The position numbers and the translations under genes were made by a program. Under the pieces are notes generated by a model, which was not told the origin of the DNA, did not search any database, and saw nothing but the letters and a program-made list of their open reading frames with translations. A DNA stretch of 64,000 nucleotides, from the NCBI GenBank assembly GCA_964019425.1, contig OZ025794.1, positions 1,240,001 through 1,304,000 on the forward strand, given 5' to 3'. The stretch is from Flectonema sp. DT1601. Its lineage: Eukaryota. Of this stretch, positions 46,678 to 56,973 are shown piece after piece. Positions within the stretch are counted from its first letter, which is position 1. The number at the start of each line of letters is the position of its first letter.

Positions 46678-48528
46678 ATGATTCGATTCTTACTTACTTT
46701 GTCAACGACTGTATCCACAGTAGCGATAATAACATCTATACCAGATGGTTCTATTGAAGGGATTATTGTTAATAAAACTGAGATGTACAGAGGAATACCA
46801 TTCGCTCAACCACCAGTTGGCAATCTTAGATTCAGGGATCCAGTTCCTATAAATCCGTGGAGTGGTGTGAAGGACGCGACTAACTTTGGAGCTAGTTGCA
46901 CGCAACCTGGGTCACCCGGGACACACAGAGGTCCTGGATGGGCTTCTATTAATGTTTCAGTTAGTTCGGAAGACTGTTTGTATTTAAACGTGTTTAAGCC
47001 TTTCAATAAAACAAACCTCCCAGTTATGGTTTATCTTCATGCGGGTGAATTCGTTTACGGATCGTCAAACGACGAGGAGAATAACTTTCCGTATCTCTCA
47101 AATAATGTGATATTAGTAACAGCGAATAGCAGGATTGGTTTGGTTGGTTTTGGAGCTTTGCCGGAATTCGCGAATGAATCAAACGGATCGACAGGAAATT
47201 ATGGAATGCTTGATCAAAGACTTGTATTTAAATGGATTCAAAAATCAATATCATCCCTGGGAGGTGATCCTTCCAGAGTTACTATTTTTGGAGAGTCATC
47301 AGGAGGAACGTCAGTTAGTTTCCACATAACATCACGTGAAAGCAAAAAGTATTTCCATCGAGCAATTCTAGAATCACCCGGAGTGACGCAAACAAAACTA
47401 TTATCTGAAGCACTAGTCAACACTCAATATGTAATAACGTGTCTCGCGTTTTATCAATCTGCTTCATGTGTCTTATCATCACCTGTGGTGTATAAACATT
47501 TCCCAACCAGAGTCTTATACACCAACACTAGTGCTTTGATACTGGGTACTATCGATAGCCTGAAGTTAAAATGCAGCTCAGATGCCAGTTGCCCTGGTAT
47601 CCAATATGACAATGATAAGGGTGGTGGTTATTTTGTGTCTTCACCACATCCGTTTTTAAAAAAAACTTTTTCAAATGTTGATTTATATTTAAAATGGGGT
47701 GAGGTGGGTCAATCAGGTGTCAACTGCCTTCGTACTGCCAGCATTATCAGCATAACTCTTGTAAGTGAAAGTCTTCCTTTTGATGATACGATTGTCACAG
47801 ATGGTGTTGCTCCTGTTATCGATGGTGTTAATCTAAATCAAACAATTACAGAAATAGTTAGGAATGAAGGAATAACTGATATCGAAGTATTGTCGGGAAG
47901 TAATAAAGACGAAGGTACTATTTTTATGGAATTAGTACCTGAAATAAAATGCAATGCCACCTACAGTGATTTTCAAGAATGGTCAACCACTCTCTACGGT
48001 GAGGAATTAGGATCACAGATACCATCTCTCTTTGAAGTTATTGATCAACCTGTTCCTCAATGCAATGATGACACTAAGGGAAATGGAACTTGGTATATGT
48101 CAGCCATGAGAAGTACTGGTGATTGGACTATTCTTTGTAGATCAAAAATGATCTCATCAAAATCAATGAAATCTTCATACCAATACTACTTTACTCACGA
48201 ACCACAATACTCTATGAATTACAATAGTCTAAGTACTTTAGGTGCGTTTCACGGAGCTGAAGTTCCTTTTGTTTTCGGAGACTATTTTGAGCTTTCTAAT
48301 CCGGGAGAGAGACAGCTATCATCAGCAATGGGATGCTACTGGTCTAACTTTGCTGAAACTGGTAGTCCGAATAATGGTTCTTGTTCTATACCTGGACTAC
48401 CTTATTGGCCTACGTTTGGAACATCTGAGTCTTACATAGAACTGGCTGCGACAACAACTACATCGAATGTCACTGTTCAGACGCATCTTCATAAGGCAGC
48501 ATGTGACTTGTTTAGTCAGTTTAAATAA
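46678..48528 (+). CDS. Secreted type-B carboxylesterase
   Basis: Signal peptide, YRGIPFAQPP.G.LRF, SEDCLYLNV, GESSG nucleophile, NKDEG and FHGAEV. Confidence 0.93.
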   Translation: MIRFLLTLSTTVSTVAIITSIPDGSIEGIIVNKTEMYRGIPFAQPPVGNLRFRDPVPINPWSGVKDATNFGASCTQPGSPGTHRGPGWASINVSVSSEDCLYLNVFKPFNKTNLPVMVYLHAGEFVYGSSNDEENNFPYLSNNVILVTANSRIGLVGFGALPEFANESNGSTGNYGMLDQRLVFKWIQKSISSLGGDPSRVTIFGESSGGTSVSFHITSRESKKYFHRAILESPGVTQTKLLSEALVNTQYVITCLAFYQSASCVLSSPVVYKHFPTRVLYTNTSALILGTIDSLKLKCSSDASCPGIQYDNDKGGGYFVSSPHPFLKKTFSNVDLYLKWGEVGQSGVNCLRTASIISITLVSESLPFDDTIVTDGVAPVIDGVNLNQTITEIVRNEGITDIEVLSGSNKDEGTIFMELVPEIKCNATYSDFQEWSTTLYGEELGSQIPSLFEVIDQPVPQCNDDTKGNGTWYMSAMRSTGDWTILCRSKMISSKSMKSSYQYYFTHEPQYSMNYNSLSTLGAFHGAEVPFVFGDYFELSNPGERQLSSAMGCYWSNFAETGSPNNGSCSIPGLPYWPTFGTSESYIELAATTTTSNVTVQTHLHKAACDLFSQFK

Positions 48529-49719
48529 ATGATGAAATAATCATTTCGGGTGGCATATGCAGCAACTTGGTATCTTTCTTTTTTTTGCTTTCCATGCATT
48601 GAGTTGCATAAGTAGCCTTCGATTCTGAGGAATATGATTCAGAACTGAAATAATGTATTTATGCTTATAATCACCAATAGTGCTTGATTAGAGAACAAGA
48701 GCGAACGTTACCTCTCCTTGCAATACATTTGAACTTCTCGGATCTGGTGGTTTGTACCTGTTGTGAGTCAATCGTGATGGGTATCTTAACCTGTATCCCT
48801 GTTCCTTTTTTCTTTTTTTTGAACATAGGAAAGTGAAACGCTTCACTTTCTTAATAGTTGTTCACTCTTTTCTCTCAAATGTGCATTTTGGTATATTTTT
48901 ATTGTTTCTGGTACTTATCTTGCTTTTTTTTTTTCTTTCTTCTTCGAAGTCTAAAAGTTACTTTTAGACTAAAGTAAAAACCATGCCAACAATCTTGTGT
49001 AGTAGTTTCCTCCTCTTACTAATTACTTCAAAAGGCAAAGTTAAGTGAGGCGTGTTCTCCCTCTTGGCGAAAATTTGCGTTATCAGCAGTCTCTTATGCT
49101 GCCTGTTTCGTGTACGCAATGAGTCTGGGTCGTTACTTCTGGTGGTTAACTTACGTCTCTTCTCGTCGTGAGAGTATCACGGTTGTCGGAAGTCTGACGT
49201 CACTGACTTCAACAACAAAAAAAAAAAAAATAAAGAAAAGGCATCAATCACCCCAATCACTGAATCTTTTAACAGATGTTAAATTATTGTTTTATGTTAT
49301 GATACGCTGAAGCTGTATTTCATTTTTACAATCGAACTGTTAACTCTTCTCCTAGCTAATGAGGTAGTTCAGATAATGTGTTTGATTGGGGTAGTTATCG
49401 TTATTATATTATATTACATATTTTTTCTTTTTTTCTTTTTTTGTGTGTGTGAAATTATTTGTCGTGAAATTATTATCAACTAACTAACTCAACTCTTTTT
49501 ATCTTCTTTGATTCGATGCACAACAGAGGTGTTAATTTAGTCTAAAAATGACATACTTGTAACCTTTAAGGAGGTACGAGTATGAAAAATACGGACCGAT
49601 ATTCGAAAACTCGAACATCCTTTTCTTGCTTTTCATGTTTTTTTAGTTACACTGAACTTGTTGAAGACTGAGTGATAATAACCTTCACAACCTTTTTATT
49701 AAGCAGGTTCCATAAAGAA

Positions 49720-51351
49720 ATGCTGCGACCCCGGAGACGTTCTTCCCGATATTTATATGGCGTGTGCATGATAGTGATGATGATGAGTACTGCTTTCTTT
49801 GGTGTTTTTGGAAGTCCGATTTCAACTCCTGACACTGAAACTATGACGTCGAAGTACTCACTTTCGAATAATACTTTGGATTGGCAATCTGAGAAGGAAG
49901 CAGTCATACGAGATAATGATTTTTTAGAAATTTCAAGTGAAGCGGATGCAGTACTTCACAAATTGAATGCACCATATTGGGTTAGACATGAACAGATGTA
50001 TGGACCTTCTGACAATAGAAAACCAATAGAAAAGAGTGAGTCTTTTCACATATTTTATACAGTCGATTGCACTCAGCATTCAGTATGGCAGTCGTTAACA
50101 CTTGAAAAGAGTTGGGAAGAAGTGAAGCAACCCGGAGCGCTTACTCGCGTAGTTGGAAATTGTGTTAACCTCAAAGGACGAATTGCGATGACAATCGAAC
50201 GAGTAAATCGATCGATTGCTTCTCCAAATTCAAAAAGTTTTATATTCTACGCGCCGTCGGTAAATACAAAAATCAAAGGTGAAAATTACTCTCCATTGAA
50301 CAGACCGGCTTCTGTTTTTTATTGGCTTGCAAATGCCCAACCCCTGGAGGATGTTTTTGCCCTCGTCGATCCCGATATGATTTTCTTAAAACCTCTAAAA
50401 CACTTCAACATGGTTAAACCTGGTCATCCATTCGGACAATACTACGGATACATGGAACATAGAGATTGGATATACCATTATAAGAAAGTATGTGAGACTA
50501 CAGTATACACAGGTAAACTCATACCAACAGAACGCGACTGCACTATAAAAGGACCAAGGAAAGCATGGGCGACAGGACCACCACATTACATGGCAAAGGA
50601 TGATTGGTATGTTCATGTGTTGTGGTGGTTGAGATACACTGTTGGCATGAAAGTTAATTGGGGAGATTGGGTATCTGAAATGGCTGGGTTTTCGTCTGCT
50701 TTAATCACCATGAATATCCACACGAAGACTATGTCGGGGATCACATGGGAACGCGCATCAGATGTAAACAGACATCTGTTTTCAAATTTAAAACAAATAC
50801 CCCACGGAGAGGTCGACAACGATCTTACTGCAGTCCCTGATAGATATCTACCATATATTCTTCATTATTGTGTTACATTTGAGGTTGGAAGAAATTGGAA
50901 TCCAATATCTTTATGGAGATTTGCTTCACCCCAAGTCATGTGGGAAGAAACCAATAAGGAACCGTTATTGGATTACATGCATTGGTCGAAATACAGAGTT
51001 CCGACTGACTGGGGAGGCGTGATAAGCGCTGATACTCCTATGCAAAAAAGTCTCCTTGATTGTGAACAACCACTTCTGTTTGAATACCCACCGCTAACGA
51101 CAATGCTTTCTGCCTACGGTGATAAATGGGATTCAGAAGATCGTGGTTGGTATATCTTTTTCGTGAGTGTGATTCCTTCGATTAACAGAGCTCTTATAAA
51201 GTATAAAACAAAATACTGCAATGGGCACAACACTGCACGGCTTTGGAGAACTGCACACGATCAGAAATGGATGTCACACTTTTACATCACACCGAATGTA
51301 TCGAACACAAAAGGTTTCTCTTTTAGGGGAGTTGATGAACCAGCGCCATAG
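49720..51351 (+). CDS. Type II membrane glycosyltransferase, HPAT/SGT1-like (GT95/GT96)
   Basis: N-terminal TM; FHIFYTVDC...WQS, YSPLNRP, ALVDPDMIFLKP and WVSEMAGF. Confidence 0.75.
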   Translation: MLRPRRRSSRYLYGVCMIVMMMSTAFFGVFGSPISTPDTETMTSKYSLSNNTLDWQSEKEAVIRDNDFLEISSEADAVLHKLNAPYWVRHEQMYGPSDNRKPIEKSESFHIFYTVDCTQHSVWQSLTLEKSWEEVKQPGALTRVVGNCVNLKGRIAMTIERVNRSIASPNSKSFIFYAPSVNTKIKGENYSPLNRPASVFYWLANAQPLEDVFALVDPDMIFLKPLKHFNMVKPGHPFGQYYGYMEHRDWIYHYKKVCETTVYTGKLIPTERDCTIKGPRKAWATGPPHYMAKDDWYVHVLWWLRYTVGMKVNWGDWVSEMAGFSSALITMNIHTKTMSGITWERASDVNRHLFSNLKQIPHGEVDNDLTAVPDRYLPYILHYCVTFEVGRNWNPISLWRFASPQVMWEETNKEPLLDYMHWSKYRVPTDWGGVISADTPMQKSLLDCEQPLLFEYPPLTTMLSAYGDKWDSEDRGWYIFFVSVIPSINRALIKYKTKYCNGHNTARLWRTAHDQKWMSHFYITPNVSNTKGFSFRGVDEPAP

Positions 51352-51709
51352 TTGAACATCACTCCTCTTTTATTAGGTAGTATTCATTTCAGAGAGTGAA
51401 CGGGGCTGGATTCTTGACACCCCCCATTTCCACAAATTATTTATTATTGTGTTGACATTTTTCTTCTTTTTTTTTAAAACGAAGTAGAGGTAACTGAATT
51501 TGCGAAAAAACAAAAAAAACAAAACTGTCTCACCTGTTTTAGTAAAAAATAGTTTCTCTTTACACCCCCCTCATAGCAATAGCAGGGTTTCTCATCGATT
51601 ATGAGAGTAGCAGTAATGAGGGGTTGGATACTTGATAACTGTATGAGATTAACTTAAATAAAGTAATTATAATACACGGCAGAACCTCACTATCAATATA
51701 ATAATAAAA

Positions 51710-52894
51710 ATGAAAAACTCTCTGGAACCAATCTCCGATTTCTTATCACAATACGGAAATGATCTTTTATCTGATCTGAAGGAAGTCGATGTCGACCTCG
51801 AAAATGAAATAAAAACTATAAAAAAGTGTACTGAAAACAACGATATTAATAAGTTACAGCAAGCGGCCATTAACGGAGAAACATTAACAAAAAAAAAACA
51901 ACTGGAAGACGGATGGAATCACGTTTGTTATAGAGAAGCTTGTGTCTTATGTGAAATGACTTTAGGTGTTTGCGAATTCAATTTAAAAAATGTTAATAAA
52001 TCAATGAGGCATTTAGATAAAGCACTTATTCTCGGGATCCCGCTGACCGAATCACTTCAGAAACTAATTGCTACTGTCGACTCAGAATGTAAAAAACTAC
52101 ATGAAACAACCCCAACTAGTGAAAATGTAATCACAACTTTCAAGGATGATTTTCCTGTTGTGAACCCGATCGTTGAAACTTGTTCTGAGGAGTTATCTCC
52201 TGAGGAGTGGAAGTCGAAATATTACAATAAAGAAAAACCAGTAATAATTAGAGGACAATGCAAGCATTGGCCTGCAATTAAAAAATGGTCTCAACCTTCT
52301 TATATTGTAAACAACGCTGGGTGGAGAGTTGTTCCGACTGAACTTGGTCGTCATCGTGATGGTGATTGGAAAGAACAACTTTCAACTATCAAAGAGTTCA
52401 TTGAAGGAAAGATCGTACCACAGCTAACTGATTCGGATGAGAGCAGCGTTGGGTATATCGCTCAACATGATTTACTGTCCCACTTAAGTTTCTTAAAAGA
52501 GGACGTATCAGTGCCTGAGTTAGCACTCGCTGTTTCAGACGAGAACACCATCTTAAGCAACTGTTGGATTGGAACTCGAAACACAATAACAGAACTCCAT
52601 CGTGATTCATACGAAAATCTATTTGTTCAGGTTTGCGGTTCTAAATATATCCGACTATACGCACCTAATCAAGCAAAAAATCTTTATGTCTCTTCTGGAT
52701 CATCGCATGCTGCCCAAGGTAATTGTAGTGCTGTGACTTGTGAGAATGAGGATTTGACAGCTCATCCACTCCATGAGAAGTCTGAATACACAGACTGTGT
52801 GTTGCATCCGGGTGATGTTCTTTATATCCCGTCTGACTGGTTTCATTACTTAAGGGCGTTGACACCTTCTGCCAGTGTCAATTTCTGGTTTTAA
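51710..52894 (+). CDS. JmjC hydroxylase, JMJD5/KDM8-like
   Basis: WPAIKKWS, RVVPTELG, GYIAQHDL, LHRD..ENLFVQV.GSK and PGDVLYIP..WFHY. Confidence 0.9.
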   Translation: MKNSLEPISDFLSQYGNDLLSDLKEVDVDLENEIKTIKKCTENNDINKLQQAAINGETLTKKKQLEDGWNHVCYREACVLCEMTLGVCEFNLKNVNKSMRHLDKALILGIPLTESLQKLIATVDSECKKLHETTPTSENVITTFKDDFPVVNPIVETCSEELSPEEWKSKYYNKEKPVIIRGQCKHWPAIKKWSQPSYIVNNAGWRVVPTELGRHRDGDWKEQLSTIKEFIEGKIVPQLTDSDESSVGYIAQHDLLSHLSFLKEDVSVPELALAVSDENTILSNCWIGTRNTITELHRDSYENLFVQVCGSKYIRLYAPNQAKNLYVSSGSSHAAQGNCSAVTCENEDLTAHPLHEKSEYTDCVLHPGDVLYIPSDWFHYLRALTPSASVNFWF

Positions 52895-53050
52895 GACATG
52901 AATTAAGTAAATAAAAAACTTTTACGCCAATAGCTGTCAATGTTGTGTGCTAGTGTGTTCATGTCAGTCAGTTTATTCCTTTCACAGAAGAGTTAGTTCA
53001 AACAAGCAAAAAGAAAATTAAAATACCATCCCCCTATCGTATGAATTAAA

Positions 53051-55906
53051 ATGGAACCAAACGAAAAAGGAAAACAAGAAGGAGAACGTCGAAGACGTCG
53101 GAGAGACGAAACTGAAGGAAACGGAGATGGAAAAGAGCGTCGGAGAAGAAGAGATACGGAAGGTGAACAACCAAAAGAGCGGCCCACTGAAGGGCAAAAT
53201 AGAGAACGGAGGCGAAGACGTGAAACAGAAGTAAAGAAAGCCCCGGCAGCTGAGGAAGCTGCAGCCGCAGGAAAGAGTAATGCAGCTGAAAGAAGATCAA
53301 GCGTTGATAAAAAGGATAACGCACTCGGTATCACCTACACAGCATTCAGCAGACAACGAAGAGCACTCGACAGATATGAAAAAAAATGCTCATTCGACCA
53401 ACTTCTTGACAAGTTACACACAGATCAATTCATGGACCTAATGGGAGGTAAGCTACAAGACAAGGAACACGCTCGGTCTGAAAAGGAACGATGCAAGAAC
53501 ACTGAAGTCATGGCAAAGCGTGCGAATGCCAGCGGAAGCTCAGCTGGCATTATGACGGAATTTTACAGCACTTTATTAATGTGGGGAGGGGTTCCTGTTC
53601 CTGAGAACATCAGAGTAATCGTAGACGACATGGAAAAAAGATACCGAGCAGAAAAAAAAGCCGAGCGAGACCAACAACAGGAACGAGAACAACGAGAGGC
53701 TGAAGCACGTCGTGAAACGGTTGTCGAAGAAGCCGCTCCCGACCCAGATGAGGAAGACGACTACGGAGATGAACAATTCGAAAAAGAAGAAGAAGGATAC
53801 GATGCAGACAGAGCTGTAATAAACGCACACTATAATCAAAAGATTAATCAAAAAATGAACGACGAATACAACAATTTGAAAATTTCACGAAAGACTCGCG
53901 ACCTCGAAGACCAGCAACTAAAACACAAGCGAGCAGTAACTCCCACGTCTGGTGCTAATTTGGGAGTCAATCTCCCTGAACAAAGCGGACCAACAATAGC
54001 CCAAACTCTCACAACAAATAAGTTAAAAACAGAATACGACAAACAGTATCAAAGAGCACAAGAAATCTTACAATGGGTTCCCTTAGAAATGACTACTTAC
54101 ACCATGTTAGAAGTTCAACCTTGTACAGAATATGATATTTATATGAGGAATTTTGGATTGTCAAACAGCGAACAGGCATCTACTCAAATGCCTGATGACA
54201 GTGAGCTCAATGCGATTTCTATTCAAACCGACGCTGTGACACATGTTTCTCATGCTGCTCAGATACCTGAAGATATCGGGTTGTCAGGTAATGATAATAT
54301 AATTGATAAGAAACGTGTGAAGTCTCAGCAAGTTGATTCGTCAAAGTTGTTGAATTTCGTATCGAATTGCAGTGGAGTCTTAAGGATACTACTTGATGAG
54401 ACGACAACAGATAATAATGCCGACAGGGATACTGGGAGTTCTTTTAGGTTTAGTTCGTCTGTCACTCAGCTTCGAACTGAAGCATACATCGCAAACAGAG
54501 GAACAATCGGAATCGCATTTAGCCGTTCCTCAACACAATACCTGGTTACATTACATGGTAAAGTTAAAGACAGTGATGCTGATCCAAAGGAAACACAACA
54601 CCGTTATGATGGTCTTTGTTTGGTATGGAATATAAATAATTCATCGAAACCAGACAAAATCTGTTCTGCTGGTAGTCAAATCACCACTGGTTGCTTTAGT
54701 CCTCATAATGGATACTTACTATACGGTGGTAGCTCTTGTGGTGCTGTCTTTTTATGGGATCTGAGAGAACGAGACTACATTCACAGTAGCGTACCGAATA
54801 CTAATAAGACGCAACGAATTGCTGGAGAAAATATAATTAGACTGCCGACGTATTCTACCGAAAACTTAATTGGAGATAACCATTCATGTGTAATCAGAAG
54901 AGTGTTACCTATTGGGTATAATAATATTTTGATCGGAGGAAAAGACGCAGACTCCAATGAACAAGTCGTATCGTTAGATGAAATGGGAACTATTTCCATT
55001 TGGATCGTCGTTGACATCCGAGACAAACGCGCTTTCGAAAAAGACTTTGGACTCAACGTCGGTAGCAGTATGAGACTCTTCAAATCAGCAACAGTCACTG
55101 TGAACCAACCAACGAGAGGTGATTTTGATGTGTTTATACCAAAACAGGCAGCTATAAAACAATTATCTGAATTAGACCCTTTTCAAAAGTCTATTGAGAG
55201 TCCGTTATCGAGGAGAAAACAAAATAATGAACTCCTCCCGTTGAACGATACGAGAACTTTTGATTTGGAATTTCAACCGAATGATGCGTCTCAGTTTTTA
55301 GTTGCTACTGACTGTGGTAATATTCTACATGCTTCTCGTTTTGGTGATGGAGCAACCCCAGCCAGATACAGAATAAGTGCTCCTTTACAATCAACCGAGT
55401 CGAGTGACTTTAATCATGCAGAAATCAGTATGCCTGATCCGAAAAGGGGAACCATAGTGCTCTCCATTCATTATTCTGAAACCGATAACAGACTTTTTCT
55501 AGCAGCACTAAATGATGGTTGTATTAATGTTTATAAAACTAGTTGGGGAAGTCCTTTATTCACTCTCGAAGATTTCACGAAAAAATCGATCATCGTTGCT
55601 CGTTGGTCTAGATTTCATAGAGGAGTTATATGGGCTTTAGACAGTGGTGGGGTCATTTATGTGTTTGATCTCATTGAAGACGATCACAGCAAACGTCAAA
55701 AACCAGTATTTTCACAAGACTGTTGCATTGAAGGGAAACGATCAAAGTCAATCCCAAATGATATTGACTTCTCGTTTGATGAGCGTCAACCTAAAATAGC
55801 GATTAGCTACTCTTGTGGAAGAGTTGATATTCATGTGCTGAAGGATGACTTATGTAGTGGTCGATCACCTTCTTCGCAGGGTGCTTGGCTGAACTCTTTC
55901 TTATAA
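53051..55906 (+). CDS. WDR60: Dynein-2 intermediate chain WDR60/DYNC2I1-like WD40 protein
   Basis: Charged N-terminus, EYDIYMRNFG..N..QASTQ, then WD40 repeats (GAVFLWDLRE, PTYST). Confidence 0.8.
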   Translation: MEPNEKGKQEGERRRRRRDETEGNGDGKERRRRRDTEGEQPKERPTEGQNRERRRRRETEVKKAPAAEEAAAAGKSNAAERRSSVDKKDNALGITYTAFSRQRRALDRYEKKCSFDQLLDKLHTDQFMDLMGGKLQDKEHARSEKERCKNTEVMAKRANASGSSAGIMTEFYSTLLMWGGVPVPENIRVIVDDMEKRYRAEKKAERDQQQEREQREAEARRETVVEEAAPDPDEEDDYGDEQFEKEEEGYDADRAVINAHYNQKINQKMNDEYNNLKISRKTRDLEDQQLKHKRAVTPTSGANLGVNLPEQSGPTIAQTLTTNKLKTEYDKQYQRAQEILQWVPLEMTTYTMLEVQPCTEYDIYMRNFGLSNSEQASTQMPDDSELNAISIQTDAVTHVSHAAQIPEDIGLSGNDNIIDKKRVKSQQVDSSKLLNFVSNCSGVLRILLDETTTDNNADRDTGSSFRFSSSVTQLRTEAYIANRGTIGIAFSRSSTQYLVTLHGKVKDSDADPKETQHRYDGLCLVWNINNSSKPDKICSAGSQITTGCFSPHNGYLLYGGSSCGAVFLWDLRERDYIHSSVPNTNKTQRIAGENIIRLPTYSTENLIGDNHSCVIRRVLPIGYNNILIGGKDADSNEQVVSLDEMGTISIWIVVDIRDKRAFEKDFGLNVGSSMRLFKSATVTVNQPTRGDFDVFIPKQAAIKQLSELDPFQKSIESPLSRRKQNNELLPLNDTRTFDLEFQPNDASQFLVATDCGNILHASRFGDGATPARYRISAPLQSTESSDFNHAEISMPDPKRGTIVLSIHYSETDNRLFLAALNDGCINVYKTSWGSPLFTLEDFTKKSIIVARWSRFHRGVIWALDSGGVIYVFDLIEDDHSKRQKPVFSQDCCIEGKRSKSIPNDIDFSFDERQPKIAISYSCGRVDIHVLKDDLCSGRSPSSQGAWLNSFL

Positions 55907-56369
55907 GCAGCAATTTAGTCAAGGCATTCTGGGCGTCTTGAATTCCGACCACATGCGATTATTGTTTTTTTTTTTTTCTTTCTTTTTTACGTAATAGATA
56001 ATCTGATATCACTAAAGTTAGGTATTTTTCCGTTCCCCTCCGGCCCTTCTTTGAAAAAATTTCTTTTTTCTCATCTTATTATTTGTGATGGGGGGAAAAA
56101 AAAAACTTTCTGTGGCAGTCATCCAGTCTGTCCTTTTTGTTTTTGTTTTTGTTTTTGTTTTACTTTTTTTTTTTTTTTTTCACGAAAAAGTCTTCTCTCT
56201 AACCTTTTGCTGTCGCCGTTACTGGTTTATTGAAAAATAAAAAAAAAAATAGTAAACGAGAGTATTCCTTTGTTTGAGAGAGTTTTTTTACTGCTGCTGT
56301 ACGGATGGTGTTTTTCGCCGTTTTTCGGGAAGTAACACCCCAACTTTTTCAGTTCCGTAGTTTTTTAGT

Positions 56370-56405
<36 letters not shown>

Positions 56406-56973
56406 CAAAAGACAGACAGCAAACCGACAACCCCTGCATAGTGCTTACTTTCTTTTCTCTTTTAATATTCCCATTGACGACTTAACGCCCCCACTTCCAT
56501 ACCCACTTCAGTCTTAATTTTGTTTTAAATATCGCAATACCTTGTGTATACGAATCTGTTACTTGTTTTCTTTTTTATGGCTTACTGAGTAAACCATTTA
56601 TCGACTTACAATTAGAAAAAAAAATTGAAATAAAAAAAATTGTAAGGAAAAGTACAGGAGTCCATCTTCCCTTTAAAAAGTAACGTCTGTTCATGGTTTT
56701 CGAAACCTGTAAGTTTGGAAAAATAAATTAAGTTGTTGCAAATATGTTTTTAAGTTCCATACCACTACTTTCACAACTCATTATCAGTGAAGAAGACATG
56801 ACGAGAGGGATTGGCATCCTCATCAGTGAGGAGTGACTTAGGAAGTACGTTGATTCTGTTGATTTTCTTTTTATAATTTAAGGAACATCGGGTTACTCAA
56901 CAGTTATTGTTAATTGTGATAACAGACATTACGTTATCAGGTATCCCCTTCTCAAAATGTTATTACCCTGAAG

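Noticed and set aside
56800..56835. Minus-strand CTGATGA plus stem as a hammerhead
   Set aside because: No GAAA after stem II.
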